In this document: positions 1-11,476 of the stretch, one piece after another
How positions within the stretch are numbered: position 1 is the first letter of the stretch
Layout: every line of letters begins with the position of its first letter
Assembly (NCBI GenBank): GCA_043228905.1
Contig: JBHGNT010000005.1
Location: 14,260,001 to 14,324,000, forward strand
Source: Azolla caroliniana
Lineage: Eukaryota; Plantae; Polypodiophyta
Length of the DNA stretch: 64,000 bases
Reading direction: 5' to 3'
The notes under the pieces: generated by a model
The model's database searches: none
What the model was told of the DNA's origin: nothing
Seen by the model: the letters and a program-made list of their open reading frames with translations, nothing else
Translations under genes and position numbers: made by a program

Positions 1-365
1 CCCGGTGAGCAAGTGAGCCGGTGAGCTGGGGAGCCGGTTGGCCGGACCCATCAGTAACCGGAAGCCTAGTAGCAGCTAGACTACTAGGGAGTTAATAGTC
101 TCGTAGTTAGGGCCAGACGCTCGAGTGAGCATTGAAGTACGTTGTACTTCTGTCAGTCCCATGAGGACTTGTATAAATAGTGTTGTTGAGCACGTTGTAA
201 ATACAGAGTGTTGATATAATTTTTTAATTTAGATTCTTGTTATGCTCTCTCTGTCTTTCCCGAGTATTCTCTGTATTCTGTGTATTACTCTCTCTCTCTC
301 TCTCTCTCTCTCTACTGCTATGCAGCCAAGCTGTTGTCTTACGCTTCCGCACATATGCTTCCACA
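1..365 (+). repeat. 5' LTR of copia A (first ~61 bp outside window); TATAAATA at 172-179
   Basis: Aligns to 28319-28673 with ~13 substitutions plus a CT-repeat length change; ends ...TTCCACA. Confidence 0.95.
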
Positions 366-377
366 TGGTATCAGAGC
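366..377 (+). promoter_or_regulatory. Primer-binding site, tRNA-iMet (TGGTATCAGAGC)
   Basis: Canonical plant iMet PBS directly after the LTR CA. Confidence 0.95.
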
Positions 378-480
378 GCGAGGGTTGAAGACCTCTACAG
401 CCGACATTTGCTTTCGCAAGACAAACCCTACAGGTTGTGAGAACAGAACAGTAGATAGAGAAAAAAATATGGACAGAGGT

Positions 481-1827
481 ATGGCGAGTTCACTTCCAGA
501 GAAGCTCGACCGGAGCAACTACGATTCCTGGTCATACAAAATGCACCAATACTTACTGGGGCATGGGTATTGGAGTTTCGTGGAAGGAACGAATGAGGTA
601 GCACCAGAGCCTGGACACAAGGACTTCCTGGTATGGGAGCAAGGAGCGAGCCGAGTATTATACTGCCTCGCATCCTGTGTGCACGACTAGATGCTCGGCT
701 ACATCAGGGATGCAAAGACGCCGAAGGAGGCCTGGGAAAATCTGCGTAAGATATTCGTTGCAAGTACCACAACCCGTAAGTTGCAACTCCGGCAAGAGCT
801 GAACAACATCCGACAAAGCGATATGTCGGTTACGGACTACGACACCAAAAATAAAGGAGATTTGCGACGTGCTCGGGTCCATCAACGTGACGGTGGATGA
901 AGACGAAATGGTACAAATCTGCCTTGGTGGTCTAGCGCAAAGGATCTGTACCCGAGAGAAACCACTGACCTTCTTCGACTTGCAATCGATGCTGATGGTC
1001 GAAGAAAACCATGTGAGTGTGTCCAGGACCACTCAATCCGACAGCCGGATGTTGTACACAGAGGCGGATAGGCCCCCTGGGCGTGGGGGACGAGGTGGGT
1101 AGGCACGCACTGGAGGCGGCTGGCAAGAGCAGGAAAGAGGGCACAGAGAACGTGCTGCAACAGTTCTGGGACTTCCACAAGTAGGGGGAGTCAATGGTCG
1201 AAGAAAACCATGTGAGTGTGTCCAGGACCACTCAATCCGACAGCCGGATGTTGTACACAGAGGCGGATAGGCCCCCTGGGCGTGGGGGACGAGGTGGGTA
1301 GGCACGCACTGGAGGCGGCTGGCAAGAGCAGGAAAGAGGGCACAGAGAACGTGCTGCAACAGTTCTGGGACTTCCACAAGTAGGGGGACTCAAGGCGGCG
1401 CCGGAGGCCGGCAAGAAAAATCCGCCACGGAATGTTGGTACTGTGGTAAAAAGGGCCACAGAGAAAGCTAAGCGCGCCGATTCGGACAGATCTGGATCCG
1501 GCAAAACCGGTCAGGAGAACCGGCAAAGCTCGCACTACACACAAGGATCGAAAGGATCCAGAACTGGGAAGACCGGTAAGGGGCCAGCCTTGGTGATGAA
1601 GCACGAGGCAAATTCGATGAAGAAGACTACTTCCAAATCGGAGGAAGTATGGTATGTTGATTTCGGTGCATCGAACCACATGACGAGCCACAAAGAGTGT
1701 TCTCTTATTTGGAGAAACCAGATAAACCGGGAGTTGTCGAAACAAGAAACGACACTCCTCACCCAATCGTGCATATCGGTGAAGTCCCTTTGAGCCACGT
1801 CGAACAGAGGGGGAAGCTGATGAACGT
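481..1827 (+). pseudogene. Copia A gag (UBN2-type) and protease, disrupted
   Basis: EKLDRSNYDSWSYKMHQYL, KTPKEAWENL, CWYCGKKGH knuckle, WYVDFGASNHMT protease; stops and frameshifts. Confidence 0.9.
995..1388 (+). repeat. Tandem duplication of 195 bp (995-1189 / 1194-1388) with 4-nt filler GTCA
   Basis: Two apparently identical copies read directly. Confidence 0.9.
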
Positions 1828-2610
1828 TGTCGTGCCTTTCGGCTCCCCACAGAGGTCTTGGACTAGGAGAAAGAAGTTCGTGAGATAGAGATTAATTATG
1901 AGTAAATAGCAAAGAGAAAGATAAGAAACTCGTGAATCACACGAGTATACTATATTAATTGGTACTTAGGGTGTTAAGAGACAAGTAGATGTATAAATCG
2001 TGAATCCCACGAATAATTTTTGTATTGATTGATACTTAATCCAAATAATCAACAACCCTTTACATATTTCTCTCCTCCTTATATAAGGAAGGAAGAGCTA
2101 AGCATGGCTTCATGCCTCTTTACAAAAGTGTTCATGTCCACTAAATGTCCATGTGATGCTTTTTTTTTTATTTCCTAAGTATAGGGCTCATGCACGCTAG
2201 ATGTGCATGAGTTATTTTTAGTGTCTCGTGTTTTTTCTTTTTCATATATTAAAGAAATACACGATTTACCTTTTAATAAAGGTATGCATAAATAAAGGTC
2301 TTATACGTATTAAATCTATATTTAAAACACTTAAGATAAGTTAATGTAATGGTAAGGTTGGGGTTTGTCAACGTGGAGGTGTAGAGTTTGAATCACGCCC
2401 TGCGCAGTAGTGAGTATTTCCTTTCTTTTTACATTTATGTCTCTTTATCCGTTTTCCTCTTGCCGGTATGCCGTTTTCTTCCTTGCCGGTATGCCGTTTT
2501 CCTCCTTGCCGGTATGCCGTTTTTCCTCCCGGTTCTCACCGAGCACTCCATTCTCTATCCGGAGGGACAAAAATATAATTTCCACATAGTGTGCAACCTA
2601 CACTACGACA
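1828..2610 (-). repeat. 3' LTR of B (783 bp; 26-bp deletion near its U5 end; three 23-bp repeats)
   Basis: Direct comparison with 8278-9041 and 11477-12286. Confidence 0.95.
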
Positions 2611-5600
2611 CTCGCCCCCTCCAAACCCGCACATCCTCCGGTATGTGCCGAAGTTCTTGATTCTTCGTATCCGTCTTCATCCGAAACTTCCTCCGATTCT
2701 CCCCTTATGTCGACTATGAGTTGTAATTCACTTTCTTCGCTTCCCGCATCATTGTGGTCTTCGTCCGATTGCTCCTCGTTGTCGGCCTCGACTTGGATCA
2801 CATAAGGTTTGTCGTCGGTCCGCTTCTTGAAAATCTTCACCCGCTTCCCGGCTATAGGCACTCGTAGTATTGTTCCATCCAACTCGGACAGTCGGTACGT
2901 CCCGTTGTCGAAGACCTTCCGAACCTCGTACGGCCCGAACCACCTTTTCGCGAATTTCCGCATCGTTGTATGTTGATGGTCCAAGCTACTATCATAGACG
3001 ATCACCCAATCTCCTTCTTCAATCCTCCTCGGTCGTAGTCGGTGCTTTGTGTCGAACCGGCTTTTGTTCCGGAACCGTGCTTCTTGTTGTCGGCGTGACG
3101 CTTCCGCTACATCTTTCGGTCTTCCCTCCAGTTGTCGTATCCGGACCGCGAGTAGTTCTTCCCGGCTCATCTCTTCCTTCCACGGTAGTATTGTCCATGT
3201 CGCGATTGCGGTTTCCGTTGGCATTACCGGTGCTTGTCCGGTCATGAGTTCTGCCGGCATGTAACCGGTCACGGAGCTATGCGTCGTCCGATCCGCCCAT
3301 AGTGCATACGGAAGCATTTGTGGCCAATCCTTCACCCTTCCGTCGCATGCCTTCGCAAGTGCTTTCACGATCGGACTATGTCCTCGTTCGATCTTCCCGT
3401 TGGCCTCCGGATTGTAGGCCGTTGTCAACGTTAACCGAACTCCATGTTTGGCGAAGAATCCCCTAGCTTTGTCCGAGTCGAGCTCTCCCCGGTCCGCAAT
3501 CACTTGTCCTACGCAACCGTACCTACAAAACACTTCTTCCAAAAGAAATTGGCACACCGCGGCACACGTTTTCCTCCGAAGCGCTCGACCTTCAACTTGG
3601 TTTGTGAGATCTTCTCGAGCTAACACCAAGTATTTCTTTTGTCCAATCCCGGTCGGCATAGCTACAATGTCGACCATCCACTTGAAGTTGATTGTCGGTG
3701 AGAATGTCGGATGCAGCTCATCTCGGTGTCGGACCCCGGAGTAGACTTGACATTTCTCGCAGCTTTCTGTGAACTCCGCGACATCTTTATACATGTTCTT
3801 CCACCAATATCTTTGCTTGATTTTCGCAAAAGTTGCCCATGTTCCTCGATGTCCAGCCCAATCGGATTCGTGGAACTCGGACATTATCCGGTTTCGTTGC
3901 TCTTTCGTCCCGACTACTCGAAGTGGTATCCCATCCGGTCTTTTCGGCGTCCTCCATATTAAACCGTTTTCCAAGAAGAACTTTTGGACTTGCCTCTTCT
4001 TCCTTCGGATCTCGGCTCTCCTTTCTTTATCATTGGTTGAATCCTCGACCTCTTGTAGCATCTTCCCGATCATCAAGGTTTCCCCCTCGTATTCTTCTTC
4101 CCGGAATTCTCGGATCACGTTCACTCGGCATATGTGTTCTGATGTGAAGTAGTCTTCGGAAACTTCTTTATTATCTGATTCGGTTATGTCGTCTTCAAAC
4201 CGCGCCCTCGATAACATGTCCGCTACCGCGTTGTCCTTCCCCGAGATGTGTCGAACCTCCGGATTAAGTGACTTGACATATGCAATCCACCTTAGCATAG
4301 CCACATCCGGTATCGTACAACACCGCATCATCCCGAGTATCGGAAGACAATCCGTCTCGATCACCACTTCAGCTCCGATCAAATAATCCCGATCCGATTT
4401 TATCGCCGACACGACTCCCCACAATTCTCTTTTGACTTGTGCATATCCGCGTTGCCTTTCGTTGAGGACCTTTGCTCCAAATCGGATCGGATACCGCGAA
4501 CCATCCGAGTCGGCTTGATTGATGACCCACCCGATACCGGTTGGACTTGTATCAACCGTTACTATGATTGGCCGCTCGTAGTTTGGCTTCTTAAGTGATT
4601 CCGCCCTCCATAGTGTCTTCTTGAGCTTCCTCATGGCTTTAGTGTGTTCCGGTTTCCACTCGAATTTCTTACCTTTCCGCAACAAGTGATAGAGCGGGTC
4701 CGCTATATGTGCATAGTGCGGAATCCATATGTGATAGAATGCACACGCACCCAGAAACCTTCGGACTTCCGATGTTGACTCACATACTTCCTTCATAGCT
4801 TGAATCGCATCGATCTTTGTTGGTGACGGTCTTCGGCCGTAGGGTCCACATAGATGTCCGACCACCAATATTTCTTCTTGCCCGAATGCCGATTTCTCCC
4901 CGGAAAGTGTTAGGTGCACATCTTCTAGCTTTCGCAACACTTTCTCGCAATCATGAATATGGTCGACCACGAACTTTCGGCATCCCCGATCATCCATAGT
5001 CTCATCTTTTTCTTCCACCGCGCATCCTTTCATCGGAATGTCATCTAGAAACGGCATCGTTATCTCCGGGATGCAATCTCGAAGCACCTTGTTCATCGCG
5101 TTCATCATATGTGCAACCGAGTTTGTCGCTCCTTGTGGTAGTGTGCACATTCGAACTAGTCCTATCGGTGTCCGCATGGTAGTGATGTCTCGGCTCTCCA
5201 CGGCTAGTTGGAATTGGTCATACCCCGAGTATAGGTCCCCGATGGAGTATATCGCACGTCCGGCAAAAGCTTCCGCGAATTCGTCCACTATCGGACCGAC
5301 TCCCGAGTTCCGGATCGTGACCTTGTTCACCGGTTGCAAGTCTTGGATGAATCGGAGTGACCCATTCTTCTTCGGAACCGTAAACCATCGATTTGAGTAC
5401 GGAGCACTTGATGGCTCTAGAATCCCCATCGCCACCTTCTCCTTGAGCAAGTCGATGACTTTCGGAATATGCGCCCGTGGCACCGGAATCGGCTTCAGGT
5501 TCCACGGTACATGATCAATCGTGAAAATCACCATCGGCTCCACTATCTTTGGATCAATGCATCCGATCTCCCTCGATGTGAACGCGAATGCTTTGCCGTG

Positions 5601-6209
5601 TTGCTCCAACATCTCTCGAAACCGTTTTTCTTCTTCTTGTAAGAGGAACCCACCTCCACCGATCCGAAGTTTCTTCCGGGTCTCATCTGTGAAGGCATGT
5701 CCGATATCCACGGACTTCCGAAGTGTCGGATCTCCCGAGACTTCTTTCTTCTTTTGTTCGCTATCGGCGGGTAGTGGTCCCGCGGCCGGTTTCACCTTCT
5801 TCTCCACGGTCTTGTATTTTGTACTTACCATTGCTTCTTCTTTGCGGAGCGCATCCGGCCCCATTTTCGCAACGATCTCGTACATCTCGACCGATTCCAC
5901 CGGGACTACCCGGTTCCCTTGGCTTTTATCTTCCGCAAGCTCTTCAAGTCGTTGTAGTGTATTCCCATAGAACACTTCCTCGATCACTCCCACGATTTCT
6001 TCGTCTTCTTTTATTATTGATGCCGACCGTAACTTATCCTCCACTTGTCGGTATTGTTTCTTCATTCCTCCGGTTACGGCCGTGTACGTAGATGCCCCAT
6101 CCGGCCCGATTCGTACTTGTTTTGCTCCGAGAGTTTTCTTCCTGTGTGGGGTATCAGGGCTTCTCGGACTATCACTTCCCCACTCCGCAACAGTCCGCTT
6201 TAAAAATCC
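2598..6209 (-). CDS. pol: Element B Pol (RT-RNase H-integrase), probably reached by -1 frameshift at 6203-6209; first ATG at 6065
   Basis: FLDD RT, RH (DTS..KREL..TDC..N.VAD.LSR), HHCC, DDE core, GPY motif; no chromodomain; stop lies inside the 3' LTR. Confidence 0.95.
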   Translation of the reverse strand, partial: GFLKRTVAEWGSDSPRSPDTPHRKKTLGAKQVRIGPDGASTYTAVTGGMKKQYRQVEDKLRSASIIKEDEEIVGVIEEVFYGNTLQRLEELAEDKSQGNRVVPVESVEMYEIVAKMGPDALRKEEAMVSTKYKTVEKKVKPAAGPLPADSEQKKKEVSGDPTLRKSVDIGHAFTDETRKKLRIGGGGFLLQEEEKRFREMLEQHGKAFAFTSREIGCIDPKIVEPMVIFTIDHVPWNLKPIPVPRAHIPKVIDLLKEKVAMGILEPSSAPYSNRWFTVPKKNGSLRFIQDLQPVNKVTIRNSGVGPIVDEFAEAFAGRAIYSIGDLYSGYDQFQLAVESRDITTMRTPIGLVRMCTLPQGATNSVAHMMNAMNKVLRDCIPEITMPFLDDIPMKGCAVEEKDETMDDRGCRKFVVDHIHDCEKVLRKLEDVHLTLSGEKSAFGQEEILVVGHLCGPYGRRPSPTKIDAIQAMKEVCESTSEVRRFLGACAFYHIWIPHYAHIADPLYHLLRKGKKFEWKPEHTKAMRKLKKTLWRAESLKKPNYERPIIVTVDTSPTGIGWVINQADSDGSRYPIRFGAKVLNERQRGYAQVKRELWGVVSAIKSDRDYLIGAEVVIETDCLPILGMMRCCTIPDVAMLRWIAYVKSLNPEVRHISGKDNAVADMLSRARFEDDITESDNKEVSEDYFTSEHICRVNVIREFREEEYEGETLMIGKMLQEVEDSTNDKERRAEIRRKKRQVQKFFLENGLIWRTPKRPDGIPLRVVGTKEQRNRIMSEFHESDWAGHRGTWATFAKIKQRYWWKNMYKDVAEFTESCEKCQVYSGVRHRDELHPTFSPTINFKWMVDIVAMPTGIGQKKYLVLAREDLTNQVEGRALRRKTCAAVCQFLLEEVFCRYGCVGQVIADRGELDSDKARGFFAKHGVRLTLTTAYNPEANGKIERGHSPIVKALAKACDGRVKDWPQMLPYALWADRTTHSSVTGYMPAELMTGQAPVMPTETAIATWTILPWKEEMSREELLAVRIRQLEGRPKDVAEASRRQQEARFRNKSRFDTKHRLRPRRIEEGDWVIVYDSSLDHQHTTMRKFAKRWFGPYEVRKVFDNGTYRLSELDGTILRVPIAGKRVKIFKKRTDDKPYVIQVEADNEEQSDEDHNDAGSEESELQLIVDIRGESEEVSDEDGYEESRTSAHTGGCAGLEGASVVV

Positions 6210-8239
6210 ATTCTCACTTGGGACAAGAGTTCCCTCTTGTTCCTTTCGTGATTTGCAGGCACCGTTAGGAATTGGACGGATTTCCCTCCGTTTTGGCTCC
6301 GAATTCGCGCAAAAGCCGCACCACTATCGAGCACCTTCGTCTCCATCCGTGAAGCCGTGATAAAGGGTTGGCCGAGGATGACAGAATGTGAAACCTCATC
6401 CTGCACAAAGAAATTTTGGTCAATTTCGACATCCCCGATCTTTACCGTCACATCCGGACAAGCCGCAAATAGGTCTTCTGTCGTTTTCGTGGCTGCCCGA
6501 ATCTTCCATCCATGGTTGGTGTTTATAGGCCATTTCCCCTTTCGGTAGAACTCCTTGGACATCAAGTTGATCTCCGATCCGTGATCAATCAATGCTAGCA
6601 CGGGTTCTTTGATGTTGCCGATTCGGACCGGAGTCTCCGTAGTCGCACGTGCCCAGTGTGGCCTTGTATAGTGGGAGTTCGGAATTTCGCCTTCCACTTC
6701 GGTGTCGTTCATTGAAACGGTATTTGCATTCACCCTTGGAGCATTTTCCTCCGTACTTTGTCTCTTCCTTTTCACGAGATCCACGAGAAGATCGTGAAAC
6801 TCCTTCTTCGCTATTCCGAGTAGTTCCCGCAGCGAAAAATCTACCCGGCTATCCAAGATTCTTTCCTCGAACACTCTTTTCAAGTCGGTTTGTTGTTCTA
6901 TGTCCGAGGCGAGCTTGAATGCCGGAGTCGCCTTTTCTTTTCCCTTACCTCCGGAGTTCCAGTTTTCCGGTATCTTCGATGGTCCGGCCGCATCCTCCGT
7001 GCGCCGTCGTTTCTCGTCCACATACACCTCATGTAATTGACACAGGGCGTATATGCTATTCTTGTCGACAGGGCACTCCCATCCCGTAGCTTCCCGGACG
7101 CTTTCCGCAGTGTTTCGGATATCGTTGGAGTCGGTTTTCTCGGTGTTTCCTAGCACCTCCGGCCAGAAAGACGCCTTCGCTCCCGTTGACTCCCCGACAC
7201 ATATTCCCGCGGTTGTCGCATAGTTGCTTCTTGCCGCTAACTCCTCCTCGAGCACCTTCTTCATGCCGCCTTTCCGGAAGTTCGGTCGGAGTGGCTTCCG
7301 AGAGTCCATCGAATGAATCCGGTTTCCCTCGTAGTAGATGAGATCCCGTCGTAGCGCCTCCTTATGGTCGTCGCAATCCCTCCGATCGTGTTCGGCGCTA
7401 TCGCACCATATGCACCGTCGATCCGTATATTTGGAGCTTGTGGGGCGGTCATCCGACTTCTTCACCATCGCGATCTTTAGATTCTCCATCTCCTTCAGTA
7501 GCTGCTCCACCGTAGACGCGTCGACTCCCTTCTCGGCCGTAATCTCCCGAGCCCTCGGTTGATGGTCTTCCAGTCCCGTTCTTGGTTTCGGAATCGGTTC
7601 CGAAACCCTCTTTTCTTCGTTGGCAAGCCATTGCCCCCTCTTCGTGTACCGCGCGACGATATCCCGCACGCTTTCCCATGTTTCGGTGAGGCCGCTTTCG
7701 GTGGTCGTGTCCTCAAGAAGCACTCCGAGATCTTTCCGGTCCCGGACGTCCACAGCTCGCAAAAACATGATGACTTTGTCCGGTGCAAGAATAGTTTGAT
7801 CTCTCGCGGACAACCTCCCGAACCGACTTTCGAATGTCGAAAACACTTCGAGGACCTTCAGCCCCTTACCTGACGTTTCCACCCAATCCTCGAATCCCCT
7901 CCGCGTTGCCTTGGAGGAGTCCTCGATGGCAAACGTGGTCTTTAACGCCTCTTCGAATGCTTCCCACGTCGGATTTTGTTGTTGCAACCCGTGGATACTC
8001 CCTTGAAGCCCGTCGGTCGCCACCCGGTTAAAGGATGTCACTTGCAGTCCTTCCGAAGCCCGGCACCGGAGCATCTCCGCCTTGTAGTCCTGCAAATATC
8101 GCGACACATCCTTACCATTAAATTGCCCGTTGCGTTGCACGAGCCGCTCTACTGATGCCGAAATCTCCGACATCGTGCGTTGTTCTTGAAGCATCCGTTC
8201 GAACATCGCCATCATATTGTTAGCTTGTTGAGCCTCCAT
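6200..8239 (-). CDS. gag: Element B Gag-protease
   Basis: First ATG at 8239 (the ORF-track GTG start lies in the LTR); CIWCDSAEHDRRDC zinc knuckle; ALIDHGSEINL...ILGQPF aspartic protease. Confidence 0.93.
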   Translation of the reverse strand: MEAQQANNMMAMFERMLQEQRTMSEISASVERLVQRNGQFNGKDVSRYLQDYKAEMLRCRASEGLQVTSFNRVATDGLQGSIHGLQQQNPTWEAFEEALKTTFAIEDSSKATRRGFEDWVETSGKGLKVLEVFSTFESRFGRLSARDQTILAPDKVIMFLRAVDVRDRKDLGVLLEDTTTESGLTETWESVRDIVARYTKRGQWLANEEKRVSEPIPKPRTGLEDHQPRAREITAEKGVDASTVEQLLKEMENLKIAMVKKSDDRPTSSKYTDRRCIWCDSAEHDRRDCDDHKEALRRDLIYYEGNRIHSMDSRKPLRPNFRKGGMKKVLEEELAARSNYATTAGICVGESTGAKASFWPEVLGNTEKTDSNDIRNTAESVREATGWECPVDKNSIYALCQLHEVYVDEKRRRTEDAAGPSKIPENWNSGGKGKEKATPAFKLASDIEQQTDLKRVFEERILDSRVDFSLRELLGIAKKEFHDLLVDLVKRKRQSTEENAPRVNANTVSMNDTEVEGEIPNSHYTRPHWARATTETPVRIGNIKEPVLALIDHGSEINLMSKEFYRKGKWPINTNHGWKIRAATKTTEDLFAACPDVTVKIGDVEIDQNFFVQDEVSHSVILGQPFITASRMETKVLDSGAAFARIRSQNGGKSVQFLTVPANHERNKRELLSQVRMDF

Positions 8240-8255
8240 CTCCTTGCCACCCGCT

Positions 8256-8273
8256 TTCACGTCGGGTTCACCA
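8256..8273 (-). promoter_or_regulatory. PBS of B, tRNA-Trp
   Basis: TGGTGAACCCGACGTGAA is complementary to the 3' end of plant cytosolic tRNA-Trp (recalled sequence). Confidence 0.85.
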
Positions 8274-8277
8274 ACTG

Positions 8278-9041
8278 TGTCGTGCCTTTCGGCTCCGGAT
8301 CGTTGCGTGAGTCGGGTGGGAACCACAGAGGTCTTGGACTAGGAGAAAGAAGTTCGTGAGATAGAGATTAATTATGAGTAAATAGCAAAGAGAAAGATAA
8401 GAAACTCGTGAATCACACGAGTATACTATATTAATTGGTACTTAGGGTGTTAAGAGAGAAGTAGATGTATAAATCGTGAATCCCACGAATAATTTTTGTA
8501 TTGATTGATACTTAATCCAAATAATCAACAACCCTTTACATATTTCTCTCCTCCTTATATAAGGAAGGAAGAGCTAAGCATGGCTTCATGCCTCTTTACA
8601 AAAGTGTTCATGTCCACTAAATGTCCATGTGATGCTTTTTTTTTTATTTCCTAAGTATAGGGCTCATGCACGCTAGATGTGCATGAGTTATTTTTAGTGT
8701 CTCGTGTTTTTTCTTTTTCATATATTAAAGAAATACACGATTTACCTTTTAATAAAGGTATGCATAAATAAAGGTCTTATATGTATTAAATCTATATTTA
8801 AAACACTTAAGATAAGTTAATGTAATGGTAAGGTTGGGGTTTGTCAACGTGGAGGTGCAGAGTTCGAATCACGCCCTGCGCAGTAATGAGTATTTCCTTT
8901 CTTTTTACATTTATGTCTCTTTATCCGTTTTCCTCCTTGCCGGTATGCCGTTTTTCCTCCCGGTTCTCACCGAGCACTCCATTCTCTATCCGGAGGGACA
9001 AAAATATAATTTCCACATAGTGTGCAACCTACACTACGACA
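8278..9041 (-). repeat. 5' LTR of B (764 bp; single copy of the 23-bp repeat)
   Basis: Adjacent to the PBS; TG...CA ends. Confidence 0.95.
8811..8906 (+). promoter_or_regulatory. tRNA-like Pol III cassette, antisense in U3 of B 5' LTR (other copies near 2335-2430 +, 11658-11753 -, 18135-18230 -)
   Basis: A box TAATGTAATGG 8818-8828, GTC at the anticodon position 8843-8845, B box GTTCGAATC 8862-8870, T5 at 8902-8906. Confidence 0.65.
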
Positions 9042-11476
9042 ACGTATTACACGTTCCGACTATCACAAAGAACCTAGTGTCAGTTGGACAGATTGTCGAC
9101 TAGGGGATGTAGGTGCGATTTACGCACCTCGGGTGCTTCATCGAGGAAGAGGGCCAAATCATTGCGCAAGGGTGCAGAGACGGGAGGATGTTCATCCTCA
9201 ACACCAATGACATCGGCACCGCGTTGTTCGCCAAAGGACAGAAGATTGAATTGGATATTGATCTCTGGCACAAGCGGATCGGCCACATCAATAACTGGCG
9301 GCATCAAGACTTGCAAACGAAACAAGTTGTTTTCGGTTTGTCGAAGTTTAGTGGCCGGAAGGCCCATGTATGTGAAGCCTGCCAACTCGGGAAGCAACAC
9401 CGGCTTCCATTCCCCACTGAACGAAACCATCGTTGTAACAAGCTCGACCTTATTCATTCAGATGTAGGGGGACCGACACAGAACGTAAGTCTTGGCGGGA
9501 GTCGATATTTCGTCTCCTTCATCGACGACTACAGCCGGCACACATGGATCTACCTCATTGAGTGGAAGAGCGAAGTCGTCGACTCTTTCCAGAACCTCCA
9601 AAGCATGTTGGAGCGGGAATCGAAGAGAAAGATCAAGTTCCTGCGGTCGGATGGCAGAAAAGAATATTTTTCCGACCAATTCAACAGTTATCTACAGCAA
9701 ACAGGAATTCGGCAAGAGTTCAGCTGCAAATACACACCGGAATAGAACGGTGTAGCCGAGAGGAAGAACCGGCCGCTTATCGACACGACAAGGTTGATGC
9801 TGGAGGAGAAGAGCATGCCCAAATTCTACTGGGCGGAGGCGGTCCGGACGGCCATCTAAATCCAAAACCGGATCGGTGACAATGTGTTCGCGCATGAGCT
9901 GTATTTCGGGCGCAAGCCGAATTTGCGACACCTTCGGATATTCAGCAGCATAACATATGTGCATGTGCTGGATGAGAAGCGGAGGAAGTTGGATGCAAAG
10001 TCGAAGAAATGCATCCTAGTCGGTTACTCGCATGAGGAAAAGGGGTATAAATGTTATAACCCCCGGACGAAGCAGGTCTGAGTTAGTCGGGATGTTGAGT
10101 TTGATGAGACGGCATCATGGTATGCCTTACCGGCTCCGACTTCTAACCCCGACCCGATATTGAAGGATGAGGCTAGTGAGCCTGAACCGGTCCAGTTAGA
10201 AGATGAAGACGTCGGCACTCTAGGTGAGAGTCCGATCTCATTTCGGTTAAGGACCGAATGAGCGGTTGAGTCGGGATGACCAATCGGATGAGGAACCGAC
10301 GAGTAGTGGAGACTCTACCGTGCTCTCCCCGCGCAAGGAACCGAGGAGATGGTTCACCCGCAACGAGAAGGGGAAGAAGAAGATGTCGGAATACGAAACC
10401 GGCAACATTGAGTCGGATTGGTTTGAATCCGACTCCGGAAAGATGAAAGCGGATCTTCGGGAACGAAGTCCGACCTGGCCAAGAAGGGCCCCAAACCGGG
10501 TAATACCAAGTTACGCCAGTCTTCTTGCCAAAAGAACCCCATGACACAGTACGGGTACAATGAGTACATGGCGCATCACTATGCGTACATGACCAAGGTG
10601 GTAGAAGTGCGTGAGTCAGAGAGCTACGCAGAAGCGGCAAAGGACGCACATTGGTGTGCTGCTATGGAGGAAGAGATACGGGCACTTGATGCGAACGACA
10701 CATGGGACCTAGTTGACCCTCCCCGACGCTATAAACCGATCGGATGTAAGTGGGTGTACAAGATAAAATACAATGCCGACAGTTCGGTTAACCGGTACAA
10801 GGCTCGGCTAGTGGCGAAGGGGTACACACAGACCCACGAAATCGACTACGACGAGACCTTCGCTCCGGTAGCGAAGATGACGACGGTTCATGTGGTGTTG
10901 GCGGTTGTTGCGGCAAGGGGGTGGCATCTTCACCATATGGACGTGAAGAATGCATTTCTTCAAGGTGATCTTCAAGAAGAGGTCTTTATAACCCAACCCC
11001 CCGGTTTCCAGTCAGAGATGAATAAGTCGGCAGTATGCTGGCTGAAGAAGTCACTTTATGGCCTGAAGCAAGCCCCCCGAGATTGGAATGCGACGATAAC
11101 GCACCAGTTGCGTAAGATGGGATTTGTGGTCTCCAAGTCCGACTCTTCGTTGTTCATTCGGCAAGGTCCGAACGGTCCGGTTTGCATCTTGCTGTATGTT
11201 GATGACCTAGTCATCACCGGACCTAGACTCAATGAAATCAGCCGAGTCAAGTCCCAGTTGTCGGACGCATTTGAGATGAAGGACCTGGGGGACCTTGACT
11301 ATTTCCTTGGGATCGAGGTGATCCGAACCCCCGACGGCATATTGCTCTCACAAAGACACTACGTGTTGAATATGTTGTACAAGTTCGGCATGACGGAATG
11401 TCGACCGATCTCCACACCCCTGAACCGGAACCAAAAGCTCTGTCCCGACTCCGGACCAGCCTGCGATGAGAAGCGG
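9042..11476 (+). pseudogene. Copia A GAG-pre-integrase, integrase and RT fragment
   Basis: LWHKRIGH, CEACQLGK, SFIDDYSR, LRSD, PIGCKWVYKIK, KARLVAKG, MDVKNAFL, LYGLKQAPR, LYVDDL; several stops. Confidence 0.93.

Larger units (their letters stand above)
1828..9041 (-). mobile_element. Ty3/gypsy element B, full length, non-chromovirus (Phygy/Selgy-like); 4-bp TSD ACGT
   Basis: LTRs 8278-9041 and 1828-2610 with TGTCGT...ACGACA ends; TSD 1824-1827/9042-9045 restores the host MNVLHV frame; intact ORFs. Confidence 0.97.

Noticed and set aside
2749-8031. Many short antisense or alternate-frame ORFs within B and C
   Set aside because: Shadows of GC-rich coding sequence; identical only because the copies are identical
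8811-8885. Calling the LTR cassettes functional tRNA genes
   Set aside because: Acceptor and anticodon stems do not pair
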